Made by a program: the position numbers and the translations under genes. The notes below the pieces were generated by a model. It made no database searches, was not told the origin of the DNA, and was given only the letters and a program-made list of their open reading frames with translations. From Gammaproteobacteria bacterium (GTDB lineage: Bacteria > Pseudomonadota > Gammaproteobacteria > Ga0077536), in assembly GCA_019747795.1 (NCBI GenBank), contig JAIEQK010000118.1, forward strand, positions 1 through 63,160: a DNA stretch of 63,160 nt. Reading direction: 5' to 3'. This document shows positions 48,063-57,558 of the stretch, one piece after another (the first letter of the stretch is position 1; each line of letters starts with the position of its first letter).

Positions 48063-48605
48063 ATGGCCTCGGATCCGAACGAAACTGTGGCGAAGGGGAT
48101 CGGCGGACCTGGCGTTGCGGGCGTCCATCGTCTCGTGCGGCGCCGCGCGCCGATCCCGGTCGCGCTCTGGCCCTTGAGCGGCAGCTACGTCGGCGTGGGC
48201 GAAGGCTACCGCCTGGAGCTGATGCTCGACATCGACTCGGCGAGTTCAATCGCGCAGGTCACCCTCGACTTCTACGGCCGCGACGGCGAACCCGGTTCGC
48301 ACATCGGCGCGTGCACGCTGCGCGCCGCGACCATCGCCAACGAGCAGGCCCGCACTGTGATTCGCGGCCGAGGTCGCTTCACCTTTCCCGCCGCCGCACC
48401 CTTGATCGAGATAGCCATCGAACGCCGCAGCGTGTTGCGCAGCCGCGCGCCGGCTCGGGTCGAGTTCTATTCCGATCTGCTGTGCCCGGGCGCCCAGTAC
48501 CTGTGCGAGTTCCGCGGCCATGCGACGTCGGCGCGCGGCTGGGAGGCGAGTCCCGTGTGCACCGTGCTGCCCTTTGCCCGACCGACCGAAGGGCGCCAGG
48601 ACTGA
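48063..48605 (+). CDS. Hypothetical protein (beta-rich)
   Basis: 180 aa with protein-like composition and GC3-biased codons; fills the gap convergent with 48617. No family recognised; start uncertain. Confidence 0.5.
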   Translation: MASDPNETVAKGIGGPGVAGVHRLVRRRAPIPVALWPLSGSYVGVGEGYRLELMLDIDSASSIAQVTLDFYGRDGEPGSHIGACTLRAATIANEQARTVIRGRGRFTFPAAAPLIEIAIERRSVLRSRAPARVEFYSDLLCPGAQYLCEFRGHATSARGWEASPVCTVLPFARPTEGRQD

Positions 48606-48616
48606 GTCGCGCGATT

Positions 48617-49723
48617 TCAGAGGAGATCGATGCGGCGCGCGCCGTCGTGCAGGGCCAGGGCCTCGAAACTGGCGCGCGCGGTGCCGTGCTGAAAAGTCGC
48701 AACGCAGATCAGCCACACCGCGACGATGCGCGTTGGCGGTGAAGGCAGGCTGGCCGCCACCTCGGCCGCGACCGCGCAGTCCTCCTCCAGCCATTGTCCG
48801 CACATCGCGAGACCCGAGCGCAGCACGCGGTGGGTTTCACGCGCCGACCAGGCAGGCACCGGGCAAGGGAAGGTCACGCCGGGCGGCAGACTGCTGCTCC
48901 AGATCCAGCTGAGATCCCGTCCGTCGTCGAACTCGAGCGCCACCGACACATAGTCGTGGCTGCGCGTGCTGTTCTCGGCCACGCGGCTCGGATGCTCGTC
49001 CAGTCTCCAGCGCCAGGTGAGACGCGTGTCCGGGCTGATGGCGAGAGAGACGGGCTTGCGCAGGATGCCTTGGGCGTCCTCCGCGTGCAGACAGATCCGC
49101 GGCGCCGTGTCGGTGTCGCAGACACGGAAGATGTCGTTCGCGCCGGTCTCGAACAGGTAGGACCACCCCGGCGGTCTAGGCGTCGGCGCGCGCAGACGCG
49201 CGAGTTCGCTGCGCGCGGCGGGGCAGGGCATGAGCGCCTCCAGGGCCGCGAGGCCGCGCAGCGCATCCTCGCGCCACACGAGCGCCAGCGCCGCGAGTCC
49301 GCCCTCGAGCCTGGCGTAGGCGGACGCAGGCGTGTCCAGGTCACCCTGCGCGCTGCGCCACATGCCGAGGTAGATGCCGAGTTCCAGTTCGCCGTCGCTG
49401 TCGGCGACGAAGCTGCCGGCATCACCGACCAGGTTGACGATGTGCCCGCCGGGATGGATGCGCGCCCACAGGTGAAAGCCCGGCCCGCCGTGCAGATGGG
49501 GATGACGCGCGGACCAGTGGATGCGCCCGCTCGCGAGCAGCGTGTAGCGCTCTCCGCGCCGCAGCCGCAGTCCGGTGCCCTGCCACGGCGGTCGCTGCGC
49601 CGGCATTTCCAGGTAGCGCTGCGCGCGCACGGCATCGCAGGCGCCGCGCTCGAGCAACGCCGCGAGCGCGACCAGTGAGTCGTCGGTGGTCGCGAGTGCG
49701 GGTCGATTCGTGTCGGTCATCAT
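48617..49723 (-). CDS. DUF3047-domain protein
   Basis: C-terminal half RLTWRW...P...E...HDY.SV..EF...WSS.LP.G...V.RSG...GQW; start at 49723 or 49720. Confidence 0.65.
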   Translation of the reverse strand: MMTDTNRPALATTDDSLVALAALLERGACDAVRAQRYLEMPAQRPPWQGTGLRLRRGERYTLLASGRIHWSARHPHLHGGPGFHLWARIHPGGHIVNLVGDAGSFVADSDGELELGIYLGMWRSAQGDLDTPASAYARLEGGLAALALVWREDALRGLAALEALMPCPAARSELARLRAPTPRPPGWSYLFETGANDIFRVCDTDTAPRICLHAEDAQGILRKPVSLAISPDTRLTWRWRLDEHPSRVAENSTRSHDYVSVALEFDDGRDLSWIWSSSLPPGVTFPCPVPAWSARETHRVLRSGLAMCGQWLEEDCAVAAEVAASLPSPPTRIVAVWLICVATFQHGTARASFEALALHDGARRIDLL

Positions 49724-49785
49724 CGTAGGATAGCAATGGCTCGCGCACCCGCGGGCGGCGCCGTGACTCACTCGAGAGGGGAGCG

Positions 49786-50556
49786 ATGATGAAATTCCTG
49801 AGCATCGGCGAACTCGTTCGCCGCGATGGCCTGCGACTGGTGCTCGTGCAGGGCGCGCCGAGTCCCTGGGGCCAGGCGGTGAAGGCCATGATGGAGTACA
49901 AGGGGCTCGACTTCGTCTGCGGCCCGCAGATCCCCGGCGCCGACAACGCGGAACTCGTCGCCTGGGCTGGTGTGAACAGCGGACCGGTGGTGGCCTGGAA
50001 CGATCATCGGCCGCTCAATCGCTGGAACGACATCCTGTTCCTGCTCGAGCGCCTGGCGCCCCATCGGCCGCTGCTGCCCGACGCGCCAGCCGAGCGCGTC
50101 GAAGCGCTGGGACTGGCCCATGAGATTTGCGGTGAACTCGGCCTCGGCTGGAATCGCCGCCTGTCGCTGTTCAAGCCCGCGATGCAATCCGGCCAGGCGC
50201 CGACGCCTGTCGCGTCCATGAGCCGCAAGTACGGCTACAACGAAGCCGACGTGGGCGCCGCGGTGCAACGCCAGGTGGCGATGCTCGCGCATCTCGACGC
50301 CACGCTGGCCGCGCAGCGCGCGCGGGGCAGCGAGTTCCTGGTGGGCACGCGGCTGTCGGCGGTCGATTTCTACTGGGCCGCGTTCTGCTGCATCTTTGCC
50401 ACCTTGCCGGACGCCCAATGCCCGATGGCGGCCGGTACGCGTGCGATGTTCGAGAGCACGCTCGAGCCCGAGGTGAAGACGGCGTTGACGCCGGCGCTGC
50501 TCGCGCATCGCGACCGGATCATGGCCGCGCACTTCAAACTGCCGATGGAATTCTGA
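49786..50556 (+). CDS. Glutathione S-transferase-like protein
   Basis: PSPWGQAVK..M..KG, LERLAP..PLLP and FLVG.RLSAVDFYWAAF; GAGGGGAG RBS. Confidence 0.6.
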   Translation: MMKFLSIGELVRRDGLRLVLVQGAPSPWGQAVKAMMEYKGLDFVCGPQIPGADNAELVAWAGVNSGPVVAWNDHRPLNRWNDILFLLERLAPHRPLLPDAPAERVEALGLAHEICGELGLGWNRRLSLFKPAMQSGQAPTPVASMSRKYGYNEADVGAAVQRQVAMLAHLDATLAAQRARGSEFLVGTRLSAVDFYWAAFCCIFATLPDAQCPMAAGTRAMFESTLEPEVKTALTPALLAHRDRIMAAHFKLPMEF

Positions 50557-50575
50557 GTCCGCTGGAGTCACCACG

Positions 50576-51502
50576 ATGGCTATCCGCTTGGGCTTCGGCC
50601 TGGTCAACTATCCCTTCCCCGATGGCAAGGCCTTCTTCCGCTGGGTCGAGATGCTGGAACGGCATCGCGTCGATTCGGTATGGCAGTCCGATCGCCTGAT
50701 CTCGACCGACAACTACCTCGAGTCCCTGGCGGCGCTTGCCTCGCTGGCGGGCTGCACGGAGAGAATCAAGTTCGGCATGAACGCGATCGTCATGCCACTC
50801 CGCGACCCGCTGGTGCTGGCCAAGCAGTGCGCCACCATCGACTTCCTGTCCAATGGCCGCCTGCTGCCGATGTTCGGCGTCGGCTATCCCAAGGCCGCGG
50901 AGTGGGCGGCGACGGGTCGCAGCGCGGAGCATCGCGGCTCCATCGCGAACGAGATGTTCGAACTCATCGCGCGACTCTGGGCCGAGGAATCGGTGACCTT
51001 CGAAGGCAAGTACTTCCAGTACCGCAACGCGAGCATCGCGCCGCGGCCGGTGCAGCAGCCGCTGCCGTTGTGGATAGGCGGCACCAGCGATGCCGCGGTC
51101 AAGCGCACCGCGCGGCTCGGCACCGGTTGGATAGGTGGGATCGCGAGCGTCGAGGAGGTCCGCCTCACCATCGAAGGCATCAAGGCCGAAGCGCTGAAAT
51201 GCGGTCGCCGCATCGACGACGATCACTATGGCACCTCGCTCGCCTTCCGCATCGGCAGCCCGGACGACGACGCCGTGCGCAACTCGCCCTTCGTCGCCCG
51301 CACCGGCATCGGCGAGAACATCGATCTGAATCCACTGTTCTGCATCGGCAGCACCGCCGACCTGCTGGCGCGGCTGCGCGAGTACGTGGCGGTCGGCGCC
51401 TCGAAGTTCGTACTGTTTCCGATAGCGTCTGGCGAGCGTGACATGCTCGCGCAGACGCAGGCCGTCATCGAGGAAGTGAAACCCCTGATAGAGGATCGCT
51501 GA
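50576..51502 (+). CDS. LLM-class probable F420-dependent oxidoreductase
   Basis: DSVWQSDRL, RDPLVLAKQCATID.LSNGR, PLWIGG, GTGWIG and GASKFVL. Confidence 0.85.
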   Translation: MAIRLGFGLVNYPFPDGKAFFRWVEMLERHRVDSVWQSDRLISTDNYLESLAALASLAGCTERIKFGMNAIVMPLRDPLVLAKQCATIDFLSNGRLLPMFGVGYPKAAEWAATGRSAEHRGSIANEMFELIARLWAEESVTFEGKYFQYRNASIAPRPVQQPLPLWIGGTSDAAVKRTARLGTGWIGGIASVEEVRLTIEGIKAEALKCGRRIDDDHYGTSLAFRIGSPDDDAVRNSPFVARTGIGENIDLNPLFCIGSTADLLARLREYVAVGASKFVLFPIASGERDMLAQTQAVIEEVKPLIEDR

Positions 51503-51511
51503 GCGCCAGAC

Positions 51512-51536
51512 GTCCTCGCGGCAGCGCCGCGAGGAC
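51512..51536. terminator. Hairpin between convergent genes
   Basis: GTCCTCGCGGC-AGC-GCCGCGAGGAC, an 11-bp stem; no U-tract. Confidence 0.45.
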
Positions 51537-51544
51537 CAGGTGCC

Positions 51545-51808
51545 TCAGCGGCGCGGCGGTCGCGCGTCGCGCGGTCGTGCCTCGTTGACCCGCGCGGTGC
51601 GGCCCTTCAGCATCGCGCCGTTCAATTCGGCGATGGCCGCGGCGCCTTCGGCCTGGTTGGGCATTTCGACGAAGCCAAAGCCCTTCGAGCGCCCGGTATC
51701 GCGATCCATGACGATCTTGGCGTTGGTCACCTCGCCGTGCTGCTCGAAGGCCTCGCGCAACTCCTCGGCGGTGAGATCGTAGGACAGGTTGCCGACGTAG
51801 ATATCCAT
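51545..51808 (-). CDS. Single-RRM RNA-binding protein (Rbp family)
   Basis: RNP2 IYVGNL, RNP1 KGFGFVEM, DRDTGRS and VNEARPR. Confidence 0.95.
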   Translation of the reverse strand: MDIYVGNLSYDLTAEELREAFEQHGEVTNAKIVMDRDTGRSKGFGFVEMPNQAEGAAAIAELNGAMLKGRTARVNEARPRDARPPRR

Positions 51809-52316
51809 AACTTCATTGCCTCAAGAACCATGCCGTGGCATCAGTGGTCGCCAGCTGTCCACGGCATGAAGAGGACAGTCGACGATGGAGAAAGGGCAAG
51901 TGAAGACATCGGGCGCACCACGGCATCCCCGCTGGTGCGTACTGGCTGTTCATTGACGCGCGCAATCCGGCGGCGTGGCGGCATGCGCCGCGAGAGACGA
52001 AATCGATAATAGGGTGAGCAGTGCGATCAAGGCAGGTGTCGGCAGTCGGCGATAGGCTCTGGCAACGGCTCGCATCTCGATCCCACGCACGGCCTGCGTC
52101 GGGAGCCCGGACCAGCATCGGTCCCGAGCATTGCGCGAGCTCTGTTGGTTGCGTCCCCGGTCCTCGTTCAAGTCAACGCTTTGCGCGTATGGCCCGATCA
52201 TAGTCGTGCCATTTCAGGACAGCAACGGGGAGGCGGGCCGTGATGGCCCGACAAAGTATTGAATAATCGTTCTATTTTTTCCGCCCTATTGGTCGGACTT
52301 ACACCCGACATTCCCC

Positions 52317-52390
52317 GTAGGGCGGGTTTCAACCCGCCATGTACCGCGCTCGTCCCAACGCCGCGCATGGCCGATTGAAATCGGCCCTAC
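52317..52390. repeat. GTAG REP doublet (same family as 10886-11030)
   Basis: GTAGGGCGGGTTTCAACCCGCC ... GGCCGATTGAAATCGGCCCTAC. A degenerate family-1 REP (GGTCGGACTTACACCCGACATT) lies just upstream at ~52291-52312. Confidence 0.85.
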
Positions 52391-52460
52391 AGGCGAGAGC
52401 CCTGTATCGAGGGATTGAACCCGCCCTTCAATCCTAAGGCCTCGACAAAGGTCTCCGTCC

Positions 52461-53321
52461 TCAAATCCTGTCCGTGTCCGCCGGCTCCGCCACCACCCGG
52501 TTCTCGATGTGGCCGAGCTTGTCGATGGCGATCTTCACCACGTCGCCGGCCTTCAGGAATCGCTTGGGGTCGAAACCGATGCCCACGCCGCTCGGCGTGC
52601 CGGTCAGCACCAGGTCGCCAGGCTCGAGAGTGAAGGCCGCGGTCAGGGTCGCTATCTGCTCGAAGCAGTCGAACACCAGGTGACGGGTGTTCGAGTCCTG
52701 GCGCAGTTCGCCGTTGACCCAGGTCTTGAGAGCGAGATCGTGGGGATCGCCCACCTCGTCCGGCGTGACGATGAATGGCCCGAATGGCGCGTGGGTATCG
52801 AAGGACTTGCCGATGGTGAAGGTCTGGGCGCGCATCTGCCAGTCACGCACGCTGACGTCGTTGCACACCGTGTAGCCGGCGATGACTTCATGCGCGCGCT
52901 CGCGCGGCACGTGGCGGCAGCGACGGCCGATGACGAAGCCGAGTTCGCCCTCGTAGTCGAGCTTGTCCGAGACCCGCGGCAGGTGGATGGGCGCGTAGGG
53001 CCCGTGCGCGGCGGTGGACTGCTTGTTGAAGAACATCGGGAACTTCGGCGTCTCGAGTCCCGTTTCCTCGATGTGGTCCTTGTAGTTGAGACCGATGGCG
53101 AGAATCTTCGGCGGCCGCGCGATGGGCGCCTCGAGCGTGACCTCGGCGAGCGCGAAGCTCGCGCCGGCGGCGCCCGCGGCGCGGCGTAGCGCGTCAGTGC
53201 CGCCTTCGAGCAACGCCAGCATGGTGGCCGGCAGGCCGGCGGCGGTGAGGTCGATGATGCGATCGTCCTCCACGCGGCCGATGCGCGTGGTTCCGGCGTG
53301 AGTGAAGGTCGCGAGCTTCAT
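52461..53321 (-). CDS. Fumarylacetoacetate hydrolase family protein
   Basis: KILAIGLNY.DH, DYEGEL, NDVSVRD, GKSFDT and LEPGDLVLTGTPSGVG. Confidence 0.92.
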   Translation of the reverse strand: MKLATFTHAGTTRIGRVEDDRIIDLTAAGLPATMLALLEGGTDALRRAAGAAGASFALAEVTLEAPIARPPKILAIGLNYKDHIEETGLETPKFPMFFNKQSTAAHGPYAPIHLPRVSDKLDYEGELGFVIGRRCRHVPRERAHEVIAGYTVCNDVSVRDWQMRAQTFTIGKSFDTHAPFGPFIVTPDEVGDPHDLALKTWVNGELRQDSNTRHLVFDCFEQIATLTAAFTLEPGDLVLTGTPSGVGIGFDPKRFLKAGDVVKIAIDKLGHIENRVVAEPADTDRI

Positions 53322-53496
53322 GGCTGTCCTCGTCTTGCTGAAGTGGGCCGCGTGGCGAGGTCAGGACTCTAAGCCCGGGTTCACGCGAGCACAACCGCGC
53401 CACCCCGCGCGGCGGATGACGGGGCCGGTCCCTCGGTTACAATCCGGCGGCGCGGCGCAAGGCCGCGCCTTTTCACTTCACCCGCGGAGCGCTCCG

Positions 53497-54519
53497 ATGA
53501 AAATCGCCTTCATGCCCGACACCCATTTCGGCGTCTATGACCAGACCACGCCGCCCACGCCCGACGAGGTGGCGGACGCCATGGAGCACTGCATCGCCGA
53601 AGGCGTGCTGGCGGAGAAGGTCGGCTTCGACGGCCTGTGGGTGCCCGAGCGTCACCAGCGGCCCGAAACCTGGTGGCCCAACGCGACGTCGCTGATGATG
53701 GTGCTGGCCGCACAGACCAAGCGCGTGCAGATCGCGAGCACCGTCATCCAGCCGACCTTCCATCACCCCATCCATCTCGCCGAGACGCTGGCCGCGATCG
53801 ACAACCTGTCGCGCGGTCGCCTGGTGTTCGGCGCCGGCGTCGGCTATCACCAGGACTACTTCCGCTGCTTCGGCGTGCCCTTCGAAGGACGCGGCGCGCG
53901 GTTCGAGGAGACGCTCGACTGCATCGTCGGCGCCTGGACCCAGGAAGAGTTCAACTACCAGGGCAAGTACTTCCAGTACGAGGGCGTGCGTCTCGTGCCC
54001 CATCCCTACCAGAAGCCGCGCCCCCCGATCTGGATCGGCGCCTTCGCGCCCAAGGCCATGGAGCGCGCGCTGAACTACGAAGGCTGGTGCCTGTGGTTCC
54101 CGCCGCACGTCAGCGAACTCGCGCCCGCCTCGGCAAGCATGCGCGAGCGCGCGGCGGCGCTCGGCAAGCAGGACTTCCAGATCACCATCGGCTTCGAGGG
54201 CTGGCTGTCCGACGATGCGCAGGTGCGCCAGAAGCATGGTCATCGCTGGGTGCGTGAATGGAGCTTCTACGCCGAGAAGGGCCTCTCGCCCGATGCCGAG
54301 AAGACCGACGTGCTCGATCAGATCGAGAGCATGTTCCTGTGCCTCGGCAACAAGCAGAAATGGGTGGACCGCATGGGCGAGATGAAGGAGAAGGTCAATC
54401 CCGACTGGCTCTGCATCCGCACGCGCAACCCGGTCAATCCGGGACAGCACTACCCGTCGCGCACCGAGTGCCTCGAAGTCATCGAGGCCTTCGGTGAGAT
54501 CCTGAACGAACTGCGCTGA
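53497..54519 (+). CDS. LLM-class oxidoreductase
   Basis: ATG 53497 after GGAG; GFDGLWVPERH, HPIHLAE, SRGRLVFGAGVGY and PPIWIG. Confidence 0.85.
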   Translation: MKIAFMPDTHFGVYDQTTPPTPDEVADAMEHCIAEGVLAEKVGFDGLWVPERHQRPETWWPNATSLMMVLAAQTKRVQIASTVIQPTFHHPIHLAETLAAIDNLSRGRLVFGAGVGYHQDYFRCFGVPFEGRGARFEETLDCIVGAWTQEEFNYQGKYFQYEGVRLVPHPYQKPRPPIWIGAFAPKAMERALNYEGWCLWFPPHVSELAPASASMRERAAALGKQDFQITIGFEGWLSDDAQVRQKHGHRWVREWSFYAEKGLSPDAEKTDVLDQIESMFLCLGNKQKWVDRMGEMKEKVNPDWLCIRTRNPVNPGQHYPSRTECLEVIEAFGEILNELR

Positions 54520-54558
54520 GTCACCGGCCACGCCGGCTCGAGAAGAGGGACCATCACG

Positions 54559-55599
54559 ATGAAACTCGGACTGATTTGCGGCTACTCCGGCGCGCAGGTG
54601 AAGCTGCCCATGGAACTCGCGCGCGCTGCGGAAGACCTCGGCTACGACTCGCTGTGGACCGCCGAGGCCTGGGGCGCGGACGCGGTCACCACCGCCACGT
54701 GGCTGCTGGCCCACACCACGCGCATACGTGTCGGCACGGCGGTCGTGCAGATGGCGGCGCGCACGCCGTCCATCACCGCCATGACGGCGATGACGCTGGA
54801 CCAGCTGTCCGGCGGGCGCTTCATGCTCGGCATCGGGCCGTCCGGCCCGCAGGTGATCGAGGGCTGGTACGGCCAGCCCTACGGCAAGCCCTTGACCCGC
54901 ACGCGCGAGTACATCGACATCTGCCGGCAGATCTTCCGCCGCGAGGCGCCGCTCATGCACCAGGGCGAGCACTACCAGATCCCTTACAAGGGGCCGGGCG
55001 CGATGGGTCTCGGCAAGCCGCTGAAGAGCATCCTGCACGGCAACCCGAACATTCCCATCTACATGGGCGTGGCGACGGAGAAGGGCATCGGCACCGCCGC
55101 CGAGGTCGCCGACGGCTGCTTCATGATCTGGGCGAATCCCGATCGCACTTCGATGTTTCAGCCGACGCTCCAAGCCGGTTTCGCCAAGGCCGGCGGTGGG
55201 CGGGGCATGCACAACTTCGACTTCGCGCCCTTCGTGCGCATGGCCATGGGGCCGGACCTGCAGGCGTGCCGCGACAAGCTGAAGCACAACTTCGCGCTCT
55301 ACGTCGGCGGCATGGGCGCGCGCGAGAAGAACTTCTACAACGACTACACGCGGCGGCTGGGCTATGCCGACGCCGCGGCCATCATCCAGGACCTGTACCT
55401 CGCCGGGCGCAAGGAAGAGGCGGCCGCGGCCGTGCCGGACGAATACGTCGACGAGTGCTGCCTGGTCGGGCCGCGCGAGCACATCCGCGAGCAGCTCTCG
55501 CGCTGGAAGGCCGCGTCGCAGCGCGGCGAGATCGGCAGCATGATCGTCGGCGCCAGCACCCGCGAGGAACTGGAAGTGGTGGCCGAGGTGATGCTCTGA
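54559..55599 (+). CDS. LLM-class probable F420-dependent oxidoreductase (Rv3520c-like)
   Basis: WTAEAWGADA, ARTP, GPSGPQVIEGWYG, GLGKPLK and LYVGGMGAREKNFYN. Confidence 0.9.
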   Translation: MKLGLICGYSGAQVKLPMELARAAEDLGYDSLWTAEAWGADAVTTATWLLAHTTRIRVGTAVVQMAARTPSITAMTAMTLDQLSGGRFMLGIGPSGPQVIEGWYGQPYGKPLTRTREYIDICRQIFRREAPLMHQGEHYQIPYKGPGAMGLGKPLKSILHGNPNIPIYMGVATEKGIGTAAEVADGCFMIWANPDRTSMFQPTLQAGFAKAGGGRGMHNFDFAPFVRMAMGPDLQACRDKLKHNFALYVGGMGAREKNFYNDYTRRLGYADAAAIIQDLYLAGRKEEAAAAVPDEYVDECCLVGPREHIREQLSRWKAASQRGEIGSMIVGASTREELEVVAEVML

Positions 55600-55601
55600 G
55601 C

Positions 55602-56384
55602 ATGGCGGCCGAACCCGTCGGCACGCAGGAAGTCCTGGTCGAGATAGACGACGGTCTCGTCGTCATCACCATCAACCGGCCGGAAGCGAAGAACGCGGTC
55701 AACCGCGCGGTTTCTTTCGGCGTGTGCGCGGCGGTCGACCTGCTCGACAGTCGCGACGATCTGCGGGTCGGCATCCTGACCGGTGCGGGTGGCACCTTCT
55801 GCGCGGGCATGGATCTGAAGGCCTTCCTGCGCGGCGAGCAGATCCGGGTCGACGGCCGCGGACTGATGGGCATCGCCATGACGCCACCGAAGAAGCCGCT
55901 CATCGCGGCGGTGGAGGGCTATGCGCTCGCCGGCGGCTGCGAGGCGATGCTGGCCTGCGATCTCGCGGTCGCCGCGCGCGACGCCAAGTTCGGTATCCCC
56001 GAAGTGAAGCGCGGGCTCGCCGCCGGCGCGGGCGGACTGCTGCGCCTGCCGCGGCTCATCCCGCCGCGCATCGCCATGGAGCTCGCGCTGACCGGCGACA
56101 TGCTGGACGCCGAGCGCGCCGCGGCGCTCGGGCTGGTGAACATCGTGACCGAGCCCGGGCAGGCGCTGGCCGAAGCGCGACGGCTCGCGGCGCGCATCAT
56201 CGCCAACGCACCGCTGTCGGTGGCGGTCAGCAAGCGCGTGATCGTCGAGCAGCGCGACTGGCCACTGAACGAGATGTTCGCGCGTCAGCAGGCGCTCACC
56301 GGGCCGGTGATCGCCTCCGAGGACGCGCGCGAGGGCGCGGCGGCCTTCGCCGAGAAACGCGCGCCGAACTGGAAGGGGCGCTGA
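55602..56384 (+). CDS. Enoyl-CoA hydratase/crotonase
   Basis: ATG 55602; INRPEAKNA, FCAGMDLK, EGYALAGGCE and FGIPEVKRGL. Confidence 0.9.
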   Translation: MAAEPVGTQEVLVEIDDGLVVITINRPEAKNAVNRAVSFGVCAAVDLLDSRDDLRVGILTGAGGTFCAGMDLKAFLRGEQIRVDGRGLMGIAMTPPKKPLIAAVEGYALAGGCEAMLACDLAVAARDAKFGIPEVKRGLAAGAGGLLRLPRLIPPRIAMELALTGDMLDAERAAALGLVNIVTEPGQALAEARRLAARIIANAPLSVAVSKRVIVEQRDWPLNEMFARQQALTGPVIASEDAREGAAAFAEKRAPNWKGR

Positions 56385-56388
56385 CACG

Positions 56389-57558
56389 ATGATTCCGCGC
56401 ACGCTCTTCAGCGCGGAGCACGAACTCTTCCGCGACACGGTGCGGCGCTTCATCGCCGAGCATGTCACGCCCCATCACCAGGACTGGGAAGCGGCCGGCG
56501 AAGTGCCGCGCGCGCTGTGGCACGAGGCGGGCCGCCTGGGACTCCTGTGCTGCAACGTGCCCGAAGCCTACGGCGGCATGGGCGGCGACTTCCTGCACAG
56601 CACCATCCTGGTCGAGGAGTTCGCCGCGGCCGGCGCCACCGGCCCGACCTTCTACCTGCAGTCGGACATCATCGCGCCCTATCTCGTCGACTTCGGCACT
56701 GAAGAGCAGAAGCAGCGCTGGCTGCCGCGCATGGCGACGGGCGAGGTCGTGGCGGCGCTCGGCATGAGCGAGCCCTCGGGCGGTAGCGATCTCGCCAACA
56801 TGCGCACCCACGCCGAGCGCGACGGCGACGAGTTCGTGATCAACGGCCAGAAGGTCTTCATCACCAACGGCCACAGCGCCGACCTGCTGCTGCTCGCCTG
56901 CAAGACCGACCGCGAGGCGCGTGCGAAGGGCATCAGCCTGATCCTGGTCGAGACCGACAGGCCGGGCTTCAGCCGCGGGCGACGCCTGGACAAGATCGGC
57001 TGCAAGGCGCAGGACACCGCCGAGCTCTTCTTCAGCGATCTGCGCGTGCCCGCCGGCAACCTGCTCGGCGAACTCGGCGGCGGCTTCGCCATGCTCATGA
57101 CCCAGCTCGCGCAGGAGCGGCTCATCCAGGCCATCCGCGCGGTGTCGGCGGCCGAAGCCGCGATCCGCTGGACCCTGGACTACGTCGCCGAGCGCGAGAT
57201 GTTCGGCCAGACCCTGGCCGAGTTCCAGAACACCCGCTTCGAACTCGCGGCGGTGCATGCCGAGACCCTGGCGCAGCGGGTCTTCGTCGATCGCTGCGTC
57301 GCCTTGCACCTGGACGGCGCCCTCGACCCCAACGACGCGGCCGCCGCCAAGCTGGTCACAACCGAACTGCAGGGGCGGGTGATGGACCGTTGCCTGCAGC
57401 TCTTCGGCGGCTGGGGCTACATGACCGAGTTCCCCATCGCGCGCGCCTTCGTCGATGCGCGCATGTGTCGCATCGGCGGCGGCTCGGTGGAGACCATGAA
57501 GCAGATCATCGGCAACGCGCTGCTGCCGCGCCGGAAGGCGCCCAGGGCCACACCGTGA
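56389..57558 (+). CDS. Acyl-CoA dehydrogenase (LCAD-like)
   Basis: MSEPSGGSDL, NGQKVFITNG, QDTAELFF, QERL and QLFGGWGY. Confidence 0.92.
   Translation: MIPRTLFSAEHELFRDTVRRFIAEHVTPHHQDWEAAGEVPRALWHEAGRLGLLCCNVPEAYGGMGGDFLHSTILVEEFAAAGATGPTFYLQSDIIAPYLVDFGTEEQKQRWLPRMATGEVVAALGMSEPSGGSDLANMRTHAERDGDEFVINGQKVFITNGHSADLLLLACKTDREARAKGISLILVETDRPGFSRGRRLDKIGCKAQDTAELFFSDLRVPAGNLLGELGGGFAMLMTQLAQERLIQAIRAVSAAEAAIRWTLDYVAEREMFGQTLAEFQNTRFELAAVHAETLAQRVFVDRCVALHLDGALDPNDAAAAKLVTTELQGRVMDRCLQLFGGWGYMTEFPIARAFVDARMCRIGGGSVETMKQIIGNALLPRRKAPRATP

Noticed and set aside
51813-52203. Short ORFs upstream of the RRM gene
   Set aside because: No motifs, atypical codon usage and mutually overlapping frames; treated as non-coding.
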